From Candidatus Atelocyanobacterium thalassae (lineage in GTDB: Bacteria > Cyanobacteriota > Cyanobacteriia > Cyanobacteriales > Microcystaceae): DNA of 64,000 nucleotides. Positions within the stretch are counted from its first letter, which is position 1. Every line of letters starts with the position of its first letter. The stretch is taken from NCBI GenBank assembly GCA_051971635.1, contig JBFPLN010000005.1, forward strand, positions 1 to 64,000, given 5' to 3'. A program made the translations under genes and the position numbers. The notes below the pieces were generated by a model, which ran no database searches, was not told where the DNA came from, and saw only the letters and a list, made by a program, of their open reading frames with translations. Below, one piece after another: positions 22,170-34,543 of this stretch.

Positions 22170-24410
22170 ATGGCAAAAGGTACTGAGGCGAGAGCTAAGG
22201 TTATAGTAGATACCGATCCAGTGTCCACCTCTTTTGAAAAATGGGGTGAGCCAGGGCATTTTGATCGCACTTTAGTTAGAGGTCCCAAAACTACTACTTG
22301 GATTTGGAACCTTCATGCTAATGCACACGATTTTGATAGTCAAACTGATGATTTAGAAGATGTCTCGCGGAAAATTTTCAGCGCGCACTTTGGTCATCTA
22401 GCCGTTATTTTTGTTTGGCTAAGCGGCATGTTTTTTCATGGCGCAAAATTTTCCAATTATGAAGCGTGGTTAACTAACCCAACACTTATTAAGCCTAGTG
22501 CTCAAGTTGTTTGGCCAGTTGTAGGTCAAGGAATTTTAAACGGAGATATGGGTGGTGGTTTTCATGGTATTCAGATCACCTCTGGTCTGTTTTATTTATG
22601 GAGATCCTCAGGTTACACCAACAGCTATCAACTTTACGCTACTGCCATTGGCGCATTAGTCATGGCTGCTTTAATGTTATTTGCTGGATGGTTCCATTAC
22701 CATAAAAAAGCTCCTAAGCTTGAATGGTTTCAGAATGTGGAATCTATGCTTAACCATCATGTAGCAGGAATATTAGGATTAGGCTGTCTTTCTTGGGCAG
22801 GTCACTTAATTCATGTTTCTCTGCCAGTTAATAAGTTATTAGATGCTGGGGTAGCTATAGAAGATATTCCCCTTCCTCATGAGTTTTTTGATCCTAGCAA
22901 AATGGCCGAACTATATCCAAGTTTTGCTGATGGAATAACTCCTTTCTTTACTCTAAATTGGGGAGCTTATTCAGATTTCTTAACTTTTAATGGTGGACTA
23001 AATCCACAGACAGGAAGTTTATGGTTGACTGATATAGCTCACCACCATTTAGCAGTTGCTGTTCTTTTTCTAATTGGTGGTCATGTTTACAGAACCAATT
23101 GGAATATTGGGCATGGAATGAAAGAGCTTCTCGATGCTCATCAAGGTCCTCTTACGGGAGAAGGGCACAAAGGCTTATATGAAATTTTAACTACTTCATG
23201 GCACGCCCAGTTAGCAATTAATTTGGCGTTATTAGGATCTTTAAGTATCATAATAGCCCAGCATATGTATGCTATGCCTCCTTATCCTTACCTGGCAATT
23301 GATTATGCGACTCAACTATCTTTATTTACCCACCATATGTGGATTGGTGGATTTTTAATAGTTGGTGCTGGTGCACATGGTGCGATCTTTATGATAAGAG
23401 ATTACAACCCTGCTCAAAATGTCGATAATCTATTAGATCGAGTAATTCGTCATCGTGATGCAATAATTTCCCATCTTAATTGGGTTTGTATGTTTCTTGG
23501 TTTTCATAGTTTTGGACTTTATGTTCACAATGACACTATGAGAGCATTAGGACGTCCACAAGACATGTTCTCTGACTCAGCTATTCAATTACAACCAATT
23601 TTTGCACAATGGTTGCAAAATATTCATTCACTTGCACCTAGCGGAACAGCCCCTCATGCATTGGCAACTGCTAGTTATGCTTTCGGTGGTGATACTATTG
23701 CTGTTGCTGACAAAGTTGCTATGATGCCTATTACTTTAGGAACAGCTGATTTCATGATTCATCATGTTCATGCTTTTACTATTCATGTAACTGTTCTTAT
23801 TCTGCTTAAGGGAGTTCTTTACGCTCGTAGTTCTCGTCTTATTCCTGATAAGAATGAATTAGGTTTCAGATTCTCTTGTGATGGTCCTGGCCGAGGTGGT
23901 ACCTGCCAAGTTTCTGGTTGGGACCATGTATTTCTTGGACTATTTTGGATGTATAATTCCATTTCTGTAGTTATTTTCCACTTCTCTTGGAAAATGCAGT
24001 CAGATGTTTGGGGAACAGTATCTTCTAGTGGAGATGTTACACACACTACTTTAGGTAACTTTGCACAAAGTGCTATTACCATTAACGGTTGGCTAAGAGA
24101 CTTCCTTTGGGCACAGTCAGTTAACGTAATTAACTCCTACGGTTCTGAATTATCAGCGTATGGAATCATGTTCTTAGCTGGTCACTTTGTCTTTGCTTTT
24201 AGCTTAATGTTCCTATTTAGTGGACGTGGCTATTGGCAAGAACTTATTGAGTCTATTGTTTGGGCTCATAATAAGTTGAATGTTGCACCTTCTATTCAAC
24301 CTCGTGCTTTAAGTATTATTCAAGGACGAGCTGTTGGAGTAACCCATTTCTTATTGGGGGGAATTGTAACTACTTGGGCATTCTTCTTAGCAAGAAGTTT
24401 ATCACTTTAA
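22170..24410 (+). CDS. psaA: Photosystem I P700 apoprotein A1
   Basis: [54 protein letters not shown]. Confidence 0.99.
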   Translation: MAKGTEARAKVIVDTDPVSTSFEKWGEPGHFDRTLVRGPKTTTWIWNLHANAHDFDSQTDDLEDVSRKIFSAHFGHLAVIFVWLSGMFFHGAKFSNYEAWLTNPTLIKPSAQVVWPVVGQGILNGDMGGGFHGIQITSGLFYLWRSSGYTNSYQLYATAIGALVMAALMLFAGWFHYHKKAPKLEWFQNVESMLNHHVAGILGLGCLSWAGHLIHVSLPVNKLLDAGVAIEDIPLPHEFFDPSKMAELYPSFADGITPFFTLNWGAYSDFLTFNGGLNPQTGSLWLTDIAHHHLAVAVLFLIGGHVYRTNWNIGHGMKELLDAHQGPLTGEGHKGLYEILTTSWHAQLAINLALLGSLSIIIAQHMYAMPPYPYLAIDYATQLSLFTHHMWIGGFLIVGAGAHGAIFMIRDYNPAQNVDNLLDRVIRHRDAIISHLNWVCMFLGFHSFGLYVHNDTMRALGRPQDMFSDSAIQLQPIFAQWLQNIHSLAPSGTAPHALATASYAFGGDTIAVADKVAMMPITLGTADFMIHHVHAFTIHVTVLILLKGVLYARSSRLIPDKNELGFRFSCDGPGRGGTCQVSGWDHVFLGLFWMYNSISVVIFHFSWKMQSDVWGTVSSSGDVTHTTLGNFAQSAITINGWLRDFLWAQSVNVINSYGSELSAYGIMFLAGHFVFAFSLMFLFSGRGYWQELIESIVWAHNKLNVAPSIQPRALSIIQGRAVGVTHFLLGGIVTTWAFFLARSLSL

Positions 24411-24616
24411 TTTGTGGCAAAAGGATTAGAAAGATAAACTCAATGAGTAACTCTTTTCTATCTGTCCTTTACCCAATTTTGAAAAATCTAAACGATTAAT
24501 TAATATCGTTTCTTTTCTAATAAGTCTTTAGTTATAAAAACTAATGGCATTTAGAAAATAAATAGCACTTTTGCAACAGCCTCATTGTTTTAGAGAGGAG
24601 AATTTCCTAAAAAGCT

Positions 24617-26833
24617 ATGGCAACTAAATTTCCAAAATTTAGCCAGGATCTCGCTCAGGATCCAACTACCCGTCGGATCTGGTATGGAATGGCTACGGCC
24701 CACGATTTTGAAATCCATGATGGAATGACCGAAGAAAATCTTTATCAAAAGATTTTCGCTTCTCACTTTGGTCATCTTGCTATCATATTTTTGTGGACTT
24801 CCGGTACCCTTTTCCACGTAGCCTGGCAAGGTAACTTCGAACAATGGATCACAGATCCTACTAATATCCATCCTATCGCTCATGCGATATGGGATCCACA
24901 TTTTGGTAAAGGCGCAATTGATGCCTTTACACAAGCCGGTGCTTCTTCTCCTGTTAATATCGCTTATTCAGGTGTTTATCACTGGTTCTATACAATTGGT
25001 ATGACAAGCAATAGCGAACTCTATCAAGGTTCTATCTTTCTTTTGATCCTTGCTTCACTATTTTTGTTTGCTGGTTGGTTACATTTACAACCTAAGTTTC
25101 GTCCAAACTTAGCTTGGTTTAAAAATGCTGAATCTCGTTTAAACCATCATTTAGCTGGTTTATTTGGTGTAAGTTCTTTAGCCTGGGCAGGTCACTTGAT
25201 TCATGTTGCAATTCCTGAATCTCGCGGTCAACATGTACGTTGGAATAACTTCTTGTCTACTCCTCCTCATCCAGCAGGCCTAGAACCATTTTTTACAGCT
25301 AATTGGAGTGTTTACGCACAAAATCCTGATACTGTTAACCATGTTTTTGGCACAGCTGATGGTTCAGGGACAGCGATCCTAACCTTCCTAGGAGGTTTTC
25401 ATCCTCAGACTGAATCACTATGGTTAACTGATATAGCTCATCATCATTTGGCAATTGCAGTAATATTAATTATTGCAGGTCATATGTACAGAACTAATTG
25501 GGGAATTGGTCATAGCATTAATGAGATACTTGAAGCTCATAATCCTCCTCTTAGTGATCCATTCCATCATGGAAGATTAGGTGCTGGTCATCGTAATATG
25601 TATGACACAGTAAATAACTCTCTTCATTTTCAACTTGGTTTAGCATTAGCTTCTTTGGGAACCATTACTTCCCTAGTGGCACAACATATGTATGCCATGC
25701 CTTCTTATGCTTTTATAAGTCAAGATCATACTACTCAAGCCGCTCTTTATACTCATCATCAATACATAGCTGGATTCTTGATGGTAGGCGCTTTTGCTCA
25801 TGGTGCAATCTTCTTTGTACGTGATTATGATCCTGAAAGCAATAAAGATAATGTTCTGGCTCGAATGCTAGAGCACAAAGAAGCAATTATTTCACATTTA
25901 AGCTGGGTCTCATTATTCCTTGGTTTCCATACCTTGGGATTATATGTCCATAATGATGTAGTGGTAGCTTTTGGTACTCCTGAGAAACAAATTCTAGTTG
26001 AACCAATATTTGCTCAGTTCATACAAGCAGCTTCAGGAAAAGTTCTATATGGTTTTGATGTCTTACTATCTAGTCCTGACAGCATGGCCTCTACTGGAGC
26101 TGCATATTTACCAAACTGGTTAGAAGCAGTTAACAGTGGAAAGAACTCATTATTTCTTGACATTGGTCCTGGCGATTTCTTAGTACATCATGCTATTGCT
26201 CTTGGTTTACACACCACAGTTTTGACTTTGGTTAAAGGAGCATTGGATGCTAGAGGTTCTAAGTTAATGCCTGATAAGAAAGATTTTGGCTATGCTTTTC
26301 CTTGTGATGGGCCTGGCCGTGGAGGTACTTGTGATATCTCTGCTTGGGATTCTTTCTATTTAGCAATGTTCTGGATGCTTAATACAATAGGATGGGTAAC
26401 TTTCTATTGGCATTGGAAACATTTAGGCATATGGTCTGGTAATGTAGCTCAATTTAATGAAAATTCAACCTATATAATGGGTTGGTTACGTGATTATCTC
26501 TGGGCCAATTCAGCTCAGCTAATTAATGGATATAACCCATATGGAACAAATAACTTGTCTGTCTGGGCTTGGATGTTCCTACTTGGACATCTAGTTTGGG
26601 CAACTGGTTTTATGTTCTTAATTTCTTGGCGTGGTTATTGGCAAGAATTAATTGAGACAATTGTTTGGGCTCACGAACAGACACCTCTAGCTAACCTTGT
26701 ACAATGGAAAGACAAACCAGTTGCTCTTTCTATCATACAAGCTCGTTTAGTTGGTTTGACACACTTCACAGTGGGCTATGTACTAACTTATGCTGCTTTT
26801 CTTATTGCTTCAACAGCTAGTAAGTTTGGTTAA
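24617..26833 (+). CDS. psaB: Photosystem I P700 apoprotein A2
   Basis: [53 protein letters not shown]. Confidence 0.99.
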   Translation: MATKFPKFSQDLAQDPTTRRIWYGMATAHDFEIHDGMTEENLYQKIFASHFGHLAIIFLWTSGTLFHVAWQGNFEQWITDPTNIHPIAHAIWDPHFGKGAIDAFTQAGASSPVNIAYSGVYHWFYTIGMTSNSELYQGSIFLLILASLFLFAGWLHLQPKFRPNLAWFKNAESRLNHHLAGLFGVSSLAWAGHLIHVAIPESRGQHVRWNNFLSTPPHPAGLEPFFTANWSVYAQNPDTVNHVFGTADGSGTAILTFLGGFHPQTESLWLTDIAHHHLAIAVILIIAGHMYRTNWGIGHSINEILEAHNPPLSDPFHHGRLGAGHRNMYDTVNNSLHFQLGLALASLGTITSLVAQHMYAMPSYAFISQDHTTQAALYTHHQYIAGFLMVGAFAHGAIFFVRDYDPESNKDNVLARMLEHKEAIISHLSWVSLFLGFHTLGLYVHNDVVVAFGTPEKQILVEPIFAQFIQAASGKVLYGFDVLLSSPDSMASTGAAYLPNWLEAVNSGKNSLFLDIGPGDFLVHHAIALGLHTTVLTLVKGALDARGSKLMPDKKDFGYAFPCDGPGRGGTCDISAWDSFYLAMFWMLNTIGWVTFYWHWKHLGIWSGNVAQFNENSTYIMGWLRDYLWANSAQLINGYNPYGTNNLSVWAWMFLLGHLVWATGFMFLISWRGYWQELIETIVWAHEQTPLANLVQWKDKPVALSIIQARLVGLTHFTVGYVLTYAAFLIASTASKFG

Positions 26834-26835
26834 AA

Positions 26836-26949
26836 TAATCTAAATAGACATTTAAAGCATAAATCAGTTTAAAAGACAAATTCTTCTATCTAAGGATAGA
26901 AGAATTTGTCTTTTAAACTGATTTATGCTTTAAATGTCTATTTAGATTA
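26836..26949. repeat. Perfect inverted repeat, 55-bp arms and 4-nt loop, directly after the psaB stop
   Basis: 26836-26890 is the exact reverse complement of 26895-26949; loop TAAG. Confidence 0.96.
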
Positions 26950-27007
26950 AAAATAGTGCAGAAATCCTATCACAAAACGATAACTAAAAAGAGTAAAAAC
27001 ATAAATA

Positions 27008-27427
27008 CTATCTATTTATGTTTTTACTCTTTTTACATAACCAATTAGAAATAGGCGTTGCAAGATCGATTCTCTCACGACTATTAATATTAATAGACAC
27101 ATGAGTAGTTTTAGCTATCGCAGAATATTTATTAGGAAATGACTCAGAAACTACGTGATAGATGATGCTAAACTCAGTATTATCATAATCAAGAACTGAA
27201 ATATCTAACCGTAAACTACACCCACAAAATAAAGGCTGATAAAAATCAATTTCAGCATGAGTAATAGGAATAGCTATTTCGGTATTCGAAAATAAGTTTT
27301 TAAGATTAATTCCTACTAACTGAAGCTCTCTCTCATAAGCTTCATGACAAATTGATAATAAAGAGGAAAAGTATACAACTCCTGCTGCATCAGTGTCTGA
27401 AAGATAAATAGTTCGATAATAACTCAT
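27008..27427 (-). CDS. 1,4-dihydroxy-2-naphthoyl-CoA hydrolase (hotdog thioesterase, Slr0204-like; phylloquinone pathway)
   Basis: RTIYLSDTDAAGVVYF...ICHEAYE, IPITHAEIDF. Confidence 0.85.
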   Translation of the reverse strand: MSYYRTIYLSDTDAAGVVYFSSLLSICHEAYERELQLVGINLKNLFSNTEIAIPITHAEIDFYQPLFCGCSLRLDISVLDYDNTEFSIIYHVVSESFPNKYSAIAKTTHVSININSRERIDLATPISNWLCKKSKNINR

Positions 27428-27459
27428 TTACTTACTATATATTAATTAAATTAGCAATT

Positions 27460-27996
27460 TTAAATATTAATATTATTAGGCAGTAAATTATTAGAATATT
27501 TAATAGTTACATATACTAATGTCATACCTAATAGTACGGTAGACATGATAGTAGGGAAAAAATTGAGTATTTTTAAAATGATAATACTCAAACCTAAACA
27601 ATTAGCTATTAAGATAAAAAATCTTTGGGAAATACTACAACGTTCAATTGATATTGTTTCTGAAATTAAAATATTTATTTTTGCAAAAGAATTAAAAAAT
27701 ATTAGACTTATCAAAATTATTACTATACTCCAATCTCTAGAAAGAGATACTAAATAAAAACCTAGTAACTCTAAAACGACAGTAATACTCGTAATAATCA
27801 AAAAGTTATCAAGTTGAGTATCTTTTAAATATCTTTTAGATATTCTAATATTTGTAAAATCTACTATGGCCATCTTTGCCTGTTCTAAGCACATTATAAA
27901 AATAGTTAAGCATAAAACTTTATTATTCCAGCCTTCAGTCGTAATAATCTGGCAAAAACTATTTATTCCAGCAAAAAAAAATAGTAAAAATATCAT
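27460..27996 (-). CDS. Hypothetical multi-pass membrane protein
   Basis: 178-aa hydrophobic ORF with several TM segments; CLEQAKMAIVD motif. Confidence 0.7.
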   Translation of the reverse strand: MIFLLFFFAGINSFCQIITTEGWNNKVLCLTIFIMCLEQAKMAIVDFTNIRISKRYLKDTQLDNFLIITSITVVLELLGFYLVSLSRDWSIVIILISLIFFNSFAKINILISETISIERCSISQRFFILIANCLGLSIIILKILNFFPTIMSTVLLGMTLVYVTIKYSNNLLPNNINI

Positions 27997-28228
27997 AGTA
28001 TTTAATTTTTAGCAAAAGATTTGATTACAGTAATTTAACTTAAAATTAACTATAATCGCTTATTTCTTATATTCATTTAAATAACCTTCAAATATAATAA
28101 TTATTCGAAAAGCTCTATTGTCCATTTTTAGTATGTTGATATCATATCTATAAATACTGATGACAGCATAGAAAAAAATTAAATTTAAAATATATAGAAA
28201 TAAAATATTATAAAATGCAAAGGAAAAG

Positions 28229-30532
28229 GTGACTCATATGAAAACTTTTCTACAGAATAAATCATTTGATAAAGTCATTCCTTTGAAAAAAAAAATTTTG
28301 CTAGTAGAAGGAATGAGGTGCTCTGCTTGTGTTATCACCATTGAAAAAGCGATTCAACAAATTCCTGGAGTTCAAAGATGTAGTACTAACTTTGCATTAA
28401 GAAAAGTTACTATTTTTTATAGTCCTCATAAAACAAATATAAAAAAAGTTGTTGCTGTTATTACGAAGATAGGATATCAAGCCTATATCCTGGATACTAA
28501 TAATAAAAAATCAAGTAGTGATACAGAGGCTGAAAAACGTCACTCTTTATCAAGAAAAGTAATTCTTGGGAGTATTATAAGCTTAATATTGCTAACTATC
28601 TCTCTACCAAGAATGATTGGGCTATCCACTTCTCTAGTTCCTGATTATTTAGATAATCCTAAGTTACAGCTAATTTTAAGTAGTCCAGTAATTTTTTGGT
28701 GTGGAGAGTCTTTCTATAGGGGAGCAATTAAATCTCTACACCGATTAACTGCCAATATGGATACATTGGTAACAATAGGAACAGGAACAGCTTTTTTGTA
28801 TTCTGTTTTTATAACTTTTTTCCCTAATATCTTGATTTCTCATGGACTCACTACTTATGTTTATTATGAAACATCGGTAGTTGTTATCACTTTGATTTTA
28901 TTAGGTCAACTGTTAGAGAGTAATGCGCGTGAAAAAACTATAGAAACAGTTAAAAATTTAATAGGCTTACAAGCAAAAACTGCTCGAGTAATACGTCAGG
29001 ATATAGCTCAAGATATTGCAATTGATAATGTCTTAATCAACGATATTATTCTCGTGCGTCCAGGAGAAAAAATACCAGTCGATGGAAAAATTATTGAGGG
29101 ACAATCAACTATTGATGAATCGATGATTACAGGAGAGAGTTTTCCCGTAGAAAAAACAACTGGAGATCAAGTTATAGGAGCTACGATTAATAAAACTGGA
29201 AGTTTTAAATTTCAAGCCCAAAGAATTGGAATAGACACTGTACTCTCACAGATTATTCAGTTAGTAGAAGATGCGCAAAATAGTAAAGCACCTATCCAAA
29301 AGATAGCTGATATTGTTATTAGTATTTTTGTCCCTGTAGTTATAGCGATTGGAATAATTACTTTTTTAAGTTGGTTAATATTTGCTCACAACCCATCCTT
29401 AGCAATAATAACAGCAATTAATGTTTTGATTATTGCTTGTCCTTGCGCCCTAGGTCTAGCAACGCCTACCTCAATAATAGTAGGAACTGGAAAAGGTGCA
29501 GAACAGGGAATCTTAATTAAGGGAGCAGATAGTTTGGAATTAATACATAAACTACAAGTAATTGTATTAGATAAGACAGGAACAATTACTGAGGGACATC
29601 CTAAAGTTACCAATTATGTAGTTTTCAACAATGAAAGCAAAATTCATTCTCTTATGATGGTTGCAGCAGTTGAAAAATATTCTGAACACCCTTTGGCAGA
29701 GGCGATTATTAATTATGCTAATTCCTTAAAGATTAATTATGACTCGTTAAATGTTAAAAACTTTAAGACATTGATTGGCCTGGGAGTACAAGGCAAGATT
29801 AATGAAGATTTAGTGCAAATTGGAACGCAATATTGGATGCAAGAGCTAGAAATCAATATTAATAATTTTTTATACCAATCAAATAAGTTAGAGAAGCAAG
29901 CAAAAACAATCGCTTGGATAGCAATTAATGGAAAAATAGAAGGTCTACTTGCAATATCCGATACTGTTAAGCCATCATCTATTGAAGCTATCAGATATTT
30001 TAAAAAATTGGGTCTGCAAGTAATTATGCTTACTGGAGATAATTTGCAAACTGCTAAATCAGTAGCTACTGAAGTTGGTATATATAAATTTTTTTCACAG
30101 GTAAGTCCTAATAGAAAGGCAGAAAAAATTCAGGAAATTCAACAATCATTTAAAAAAATTGTTGGAATGATTGGAGATGGTATCAACGATGCTCCTGCAC
30201 TAGCGCAAGCAGACGTTGGTATTGCGATCGGAACAGGAACAGACATTGCAATTTCAGCCAGTGACATTACTTTAATTTCAGGAGATTTAAGAAAAATCGT
30301 AGTAGCAATTCAACTAAGTCATGCAACTATGAATAACATTCGCCAGAATTTATTTTTTGCCTTTATATACAACATAATAGGAATCCCTATTGCTGCAGGA
30401 ATTTTGTATCCATCGTTTGGCATCTTATTAAATCCTATGATAGCTGGAGCAGCGATGGCTTTTAGTTCATTATCTGTAATATCTAATGCTCTAAGATTAA
30501 AAAAATTTAATCCTAAAAATTATTCCGTTTAG
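28229..30532 (+). CDS. Copper-translocating P1B-type ATPase (PacS-like)
   Basis: N-terminal [37 protein letters not shown] and MAFSS (P1B-1 signature). Confidence 0.93.
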   Translation: MTHMKTFLQNKSFDKVIPLKKKILLVEGMRCSACVITIEKAIQQIPGVQRCSTNFALRKVTIFYSPHKTNIKKVVAVITKIGYQAYILDTNNKKSSSDTEAEKRHSLSRKVILGSIISLILLTISLPRMIGLSTSLVPDYLDNPKLQLILSSPVIFWCGESFYRGAIKSLHRLTANMDTLVTIGTGTAFLYSVFITFFPNILISHGLTTYVYYETSVVVITLILLGQLLESNAREKTIETVKNLIGLQAKTARVIRQDIAQDIAIDNVLINDIILVRPGEKIPVDGKIIEGQSTIDESMITGESFPVEKTTGDQVIGATINKTGSFKFQAQRIGIDTVLSQIIQLVEDAQNSKAPIQKIADIVISIFVPVVIAIGIITFLSWLIFAHNPSLAIITAINVLIIACPCALGLATPTSIIVGTGKGAEQGILIKGADSLELIHKLQVIVLDKTGTITEGHPKVTNYVVFNNESKIHSLMMVAAVEKYSEHPLAEAIINYANSLKINYDSLNVKNFKTLIGLGVQGKINEDLVQIGTQYWMQELEININNFLYQSNKLEKQAKTIAWIAINGKIEGLLAISDTVKPSSIEAIRYFKKLGLQVIMLTGDNLQTAKSVATEVGIYKFFSQVSPNRKAEKIQEIQQSFKKIVGMIGDGINDAPALAQADVGIAIGTGTDIAISASDITLISGDLRKIVVAIQLSHATMNNIRQNLFFAFIYNIIGIPIAAGILYPSFGILLNPMIAGAAMAFSSLSVISNALRLKKFNPKNYSV

Positions 30533-30540
30533 GATTAAAT
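30505..30540. terminator. 13-bp stem hairpin overlapping the Cu-ATPase stop codon
   Basis: ATTTAATCCTAAA-(10 nt)-TTTAGGATTAAAT. Confidence 0.5.
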
Positions 30541-30673
30541 AATAATAAATCAATTGTATTAAGAAGAATAGTTTAATTACTATTGTTTTCTATAAATATC
30601 TAATGTTGGAAAATAAGTAACTAATGTAAAAATATTTTTTGCCTCATAATATTTTCTTTGTGAATAGTTAGAA

Positions 30674-30717
30674 AAAAAATAACCCTCATTGCTAAAAAAT
30701 TATGAGAGTTATTTTTT
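30674..30717 (-). terminator. Hairpin terminator downstream of clpP3
   Basis: AAAAAATAACCCTCAT ... ATGAGAGTTATTTTTT; 16-bp stem with one G-U pair on the minus strand. Confidence 0.65.
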
Positions 30718-30738
30718 CACTAGTTAATAATTTAAGGA

Positions 30739-31335
30739 TTACGTTCTTTCTTCAATAACTTGATCAATCAAACCATACTTTTTAGCTTCTTCTGCAGATA
30801 GAAAATAGTCTCTATCTGTATCTCGCTCAATTTTTTCAAGAGGTTGTCCACATTTACTAGCTAAGATACTATTTAATTGAGCGCGAATGCGTAATATTTC
30901 ATTAGCTTCAATTTCAATATCTGATGCCTGGCGTCGTCCAGTACCTCCCATAGGTTGATGGATCATGATTCGAGCATGAGGTAATGCTAAACGTTTCCCT
31001 GGAGTTCCTGCTGCTAATAAAAATGATCCCATAGAAGCAGCTAAGCCGACACAAATAGTGACTACATCTGATTTAATGTATTGCATTGTATCAAATATAG
31101 CCATACCAGCTGTTACAGAGCCACCAGGAGAATTTATGTAAAGATAAATCGGTTTACTTGAGTCTTCGGAATCAAGATATAATAAGAGAGCAACAATACG
31201 GTTAGCAATACCATCAGTTACTTCTTGACTAAGAAAAATTATTCGTTCTTGACCTAGGCGAGTATAAATATCTATCCATCGTTCATACTGACTACCAGGA
31301 AGACGATAAGGAACACTAGGAATACCAATGGGCAT
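30739..31335 (-). CDS. clpP3: ATP-dependent Clp protease proteolytic subunit (ClpP3-type)
   Basis: [21 protein letters not shown], catalytic AASMG, MIHQP, ERDTDRD; lies downstream of clpR. Confidence 0.92.
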   Translation of the reverse strand: MPIGIPSVPYRLPGSQYERWIDIYTRLGQERIIFLSQEVTDGIANRIVALLLYLDSEDSSKPIYLYINSPGGSVTAGMAIFDTMQYIKSDVVTICVGLAASMGSFLLAAGTPGKRLALPHARIMIHQPMGGTGRRQASDIEIEANEILRIRAQLNSILASKCGQPLEKIERDTDRDYFLSAEEAKKYGLIDQVIEERT

Positions 31336-31382
31336 AATAACTTTAAATAAATATTGGGATAGTCTTAAGAATAAGCCAGTAA

Positions 31383-32063
31383 TTAATTAATAAGGCTGGC
31401 AGATTTTGGAAGTTCTTTAGTACTCTCTAGTACCCGATCAATCAGTCCGTATTCTTTTGCCTTTTCGGGTGTTAGATAGAATGTGCGGTCCATATCTTGA
31501 GATATTTTGTCAACAGCTTGTCCTGTATTTTTAGAAAGAATTCGCAACATAGTGCTTTTATTTCTTAATACTTCTTTAGCTCGAATTTGGATATCTGTTG
31601 CTTGACCTTGTGCACCTGAACGGTTCTGATTTAGAACAATAGTTGCATGAGGAAGGCTTGCTCGACAACCTTTTGTCCCTGCAGATAATATCATAGCTGC
31701 AGTACCCATCGCTTGACCGATACAAATAGTATGAATTGCGGGTTTTACATAATTCATTGTATCGCAAATTGCGAAAGCTTCTGTTTCAAAGCCGACTGCA
31801 TCTCCAGTGTGCCAAGATGTACCTGTAGAATTAATGTAAAAAAAAATAGGTTTATCTGGGTTATCAAATTGCAAATAAAGCAATTGAGCGATGATAAGTT
31901 GGGTAACATCAATTCCAACTTGTTGTTTAACTTCATCAGAAGAAAAAAGAGGTAACCCTAGGTAAATAATACGCTCTTTAAGCAGTAGAGATTCTAAATC
32001 CGGTGGAGGAGTGCGAAAACTGGCATCTCCATGGTAAGCGGACTGAACAGCCTTAATTTCCAT
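31383..32063 (-). CDS. clpR: Clp protease non-catalytic subunit ClpR
   Basis: [20 protein letters not shown]. Catalytic Ser and His are absent (QAMGT, VLNQ). Confidence 0.92.
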   Translation of the reverse strand: MEIKAVQSAYHGDASFRTPPPDLESLLLKERIIYLGLPLFSSDEVKQQVGIDVTQLIIAQLLYLQFDNPDKPIFFYINSTGTSWHTGDAVGFETEAFAICDTMNYVKPAIHTICIGQAMGTAAMILSAGTKGCRASLPHATIVLNQNRSGAQGQATDIQIRAKEVLRNKSTMLRILSKNTGQAVDKISQDMDRTFYLTPEKAKEYGLIDRVLESTKELPKSASLIN

Positions 32064-32880
32064 TGGATAGTTTTTTTATCTAAACAAACGGTGAGTAAAA
32101 AATACTCTAATCTTGATTTTAACGAATTCTAAAAATAATCCATCAAAAGCAAAAATTCTCTAAAGCTTCAATTGATAATTGAAACTAAGGTAAGATTAAA
32201 AAGCGAAACTTTTATACTAAATCATACTTTTTGCACATACACCATTATAGTATATTTCTTGTTACATTAAATAAATTAAAAAATCACTATTTCTATTAAT
32301 TTTTTTGGTTATCTACAGTAAATAATGTTAGAAAAAAATAAGCTTAAATATTTTCTATCGACAAAGCCTTTTTATGTCTGTCAAAATAGCTCTATAGATA
32401 ATGATTTATTTCAACAATAAGTCAAATTTTATTAAAGCTGTTATCATACATAAAAAATGATTTTTGGTTCAAGTAATCTAGAAAAGACAAATTAACTTAA
32501 GTTTAGTTATCTTAATAAAACCTCGCCGAAAGAAGGATTTCACTGAACATTAGTAAAAGTGATTTTTGAAAATTCTACTATTACTACTACTTTTTTAAAA
32601 ATAAAATTCCTATTTCTTAGAGTTTATATTTGTTTTTTAAAAAAATTAGTAGAGGCAAGGAAAGAAAATCATCGAATAAAATTGAAGAATTGCGGTAAAT
32701 TTTTACAAACCGTAATACAATAGACACCATCTTTAATGAAAATCTGTCTTCAACTCGAAACTCTCATGGTAAAGTCCAAAATTTTCGTTTGCCAGAAACT
32801 TCATAATAATTTATTAGGATCTTACAAGTTAAATAAGTGTATGTTAGTGCTTAAGTTGGCGTGAGGAGTGAAATTAATTA

Positions 32881-33693
32881 ATGAATTTGCAAAATGATGC
32901 TCTAAAGGCTCTCAAAGAAACTAGTAGAACCTTTTATATACCAATCAGTCGTCTTCCTGATAATTTGCGTGAGGCCGTCGCTTCCGCTTATCTCTGTATG
33001 CGTGCTATCGATGAAGTTGAAGATCATCCTGAAATTGAAAACTTCATCAAGGCTAAGATTTTGCGACAAATGAGTCTTAATCTACAAGCTGTCAATGAAA
33101 AATCAGGAGTTAAAGATTTTTCAGCAGATTTAGCACCTTATAGCAATGTCTTACCAGATGTTAGTTTACAGTTAGGAAAATGGGCATTGCTAGCCCCTAA
33201 TACTATTGCGCCTCGGATTTGGGACGCGACGGCAGCAATGGCTGATAGAATGGCTTACTGGACAGAGAATAATTGGACGATTCGTACGGAAGCTCACCTA
33301 AATCAATACACTTTTAGTGTAGCTGGTGCAGTAGGAATACTATTATCAGATTTATGGTCATGGCATGATGGTACTCAAACAAATCGTCAGCATGCTATTG
33401 GTTTCGGTAGAGGGTTACAAGCTGTTAATATCATCCGTAATCATCGGGAAGATTTGAATCGTGGAGTAAGCTTTATTCCTCAAGGTTGGCACATAAAAGA
33501 TGTATATAAATATGCTCGCTATAATCTTACTTTAGCAGATCTTTATACTAAATCTCTTAGTTCAGGACCTGCACTAGACTTTTGTAAAATTCCTTTGGCT
33601 TTAGCTCATGGAACATTAGATGTAATAGCTCTAGGAAAAGATAAACTTAGCCGTAGTGATGTAATGGCTTTAGTACAACAAGTAACACACTAA
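32881..33693 (+). CDS. sqs: Squalene synthase (Sll0513-like; squalene/phytoene synthase family)
   Basis: TSRTFYIPI, YLCMRAIDEVED, YTFSVAGAVG, GLQAVNIIR. AGGAG RBS upstream. Confidence 0.85.
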   Translation: MNLQNDALKALKETSRTFYIPISRLPDNLREAVASAYLCMRAIDEVEDHPEIENFIKAKILRQMSLNLQAVNEKSGVKDFSADLAPYSNVLPDVSLQLGKWALLAPNTIAPRIWDATAAMADRMAYWTENNWTIRTEAHLNQYTFSVAGAVGILLSDLWSWHDGTQTNRQHAIGFGRGLQAVNIIRNHREDLNRGVSFIPQGWHIKDVYKYARYNLTLADLYTKSLSSGPALDFCKIPLALAHGTLDVIALGKDKLSRSDVMALVQQVTH

Positions 33694-33988
33694 ACCGCCA
33701 ACGAAGAGAATTTTAGCCTAGTTATCTATTAGATTGTTTAATTAAACAAAAAACAACAATATGAAATCTGCTAAATAGCTTCAAACAAATTTACTTATTT
33801 TACTTAACTATTTAAAAATAGTTATATTAAAAGCTAGTGATTTTTAACTATTTTAGGCTAAAGTTCACTTTTATTCGATTTCCGTTAATCTTAAATCCTA
33901 CCTTTTTTAATTCAAGATTTGTTAGGATAGTAGGCTAAGGCACATTAAAGTAGTATCTAATGCTATTTTTCCTAATTATTTTAAAGTT

Positions 33989-34023
33989 ATAAAGGAAGTG
34001 GGTCATTACCCCACTTCCTTTAT
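33989..34023 (+). promoter_or_regulatory. rimP-leader hairpin
   Basis: ATAAAGGAAGTGGG-TCATTAC-CCCACTTCCTTTAT, 20 nt upstream of the rimP start. Its position and GGG/CCC stem fit the conserved rimP leader. Confidence 0.75.
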
Positions 34024-34043
34024 TGTCTGATATTTTTTAAGTA

Positions 34044-34499
34044 ATGACTCATTTATTAATTCAACAAATTATTAGTTTAACAACTCCCATTATCAAAGAA
34101 ATGGGAATAGATATAGTGAATGTAGCTTTTCAAACCAATAAGCGTCCTTCTGTTTTACGATTTGATATTTCTAATTCTACTAAAGATATCAGCTTGGATG
34201 ATTGTGTAAAAGTAAGCCGATCTCTAGAATCTATTTTAGATGAGACTGCTATTATTCCATATGCTTATGTTTTAGAAGTTTCAAGTCCTGGCATATCTCG
34301 ATCTTTAAATACTGAAAGAGATTTTCTTACATTCCAGGGGTTTGACATTAGTATCACAACAAGTTCTTCCTATTTAAATAAAAAAGAATGGCGAGGAAAA
34401 CTTCAAAAACGAGATTCTGAAACTATTTATCTTAACTGTAAAGGTAAAATAGTTTCCATTCCACGTTCTTTAGTAGTTCAAGTCCAATTAACAGACTGA
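34044..34499 (+). CDS. rimP: Ribosome maturation factor RimP
   Basis: SLDDCVKVSR, YVLEVSSPGISRSL; first gene of the nusA-infB operon. Confidence 0.95.
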   Translation: MTHLLIQQIISLTTPIIKEMGIDIVNVAFQTNKRPSVLRFDISNSTKDISLDDCVKVSRSLESILDETAIIPYAYVLEVSSPGISRSLNTERDFLTFQGFDISITTSSSYLNKKEWRGKLQKRDSETIYLNCKGKIVSIPRSLVVQVQLTD

Positions 34500-34543
34500 T
34501 ACACACTAGATTTATATAATTTATATATTTAGGAGATTTTTTT

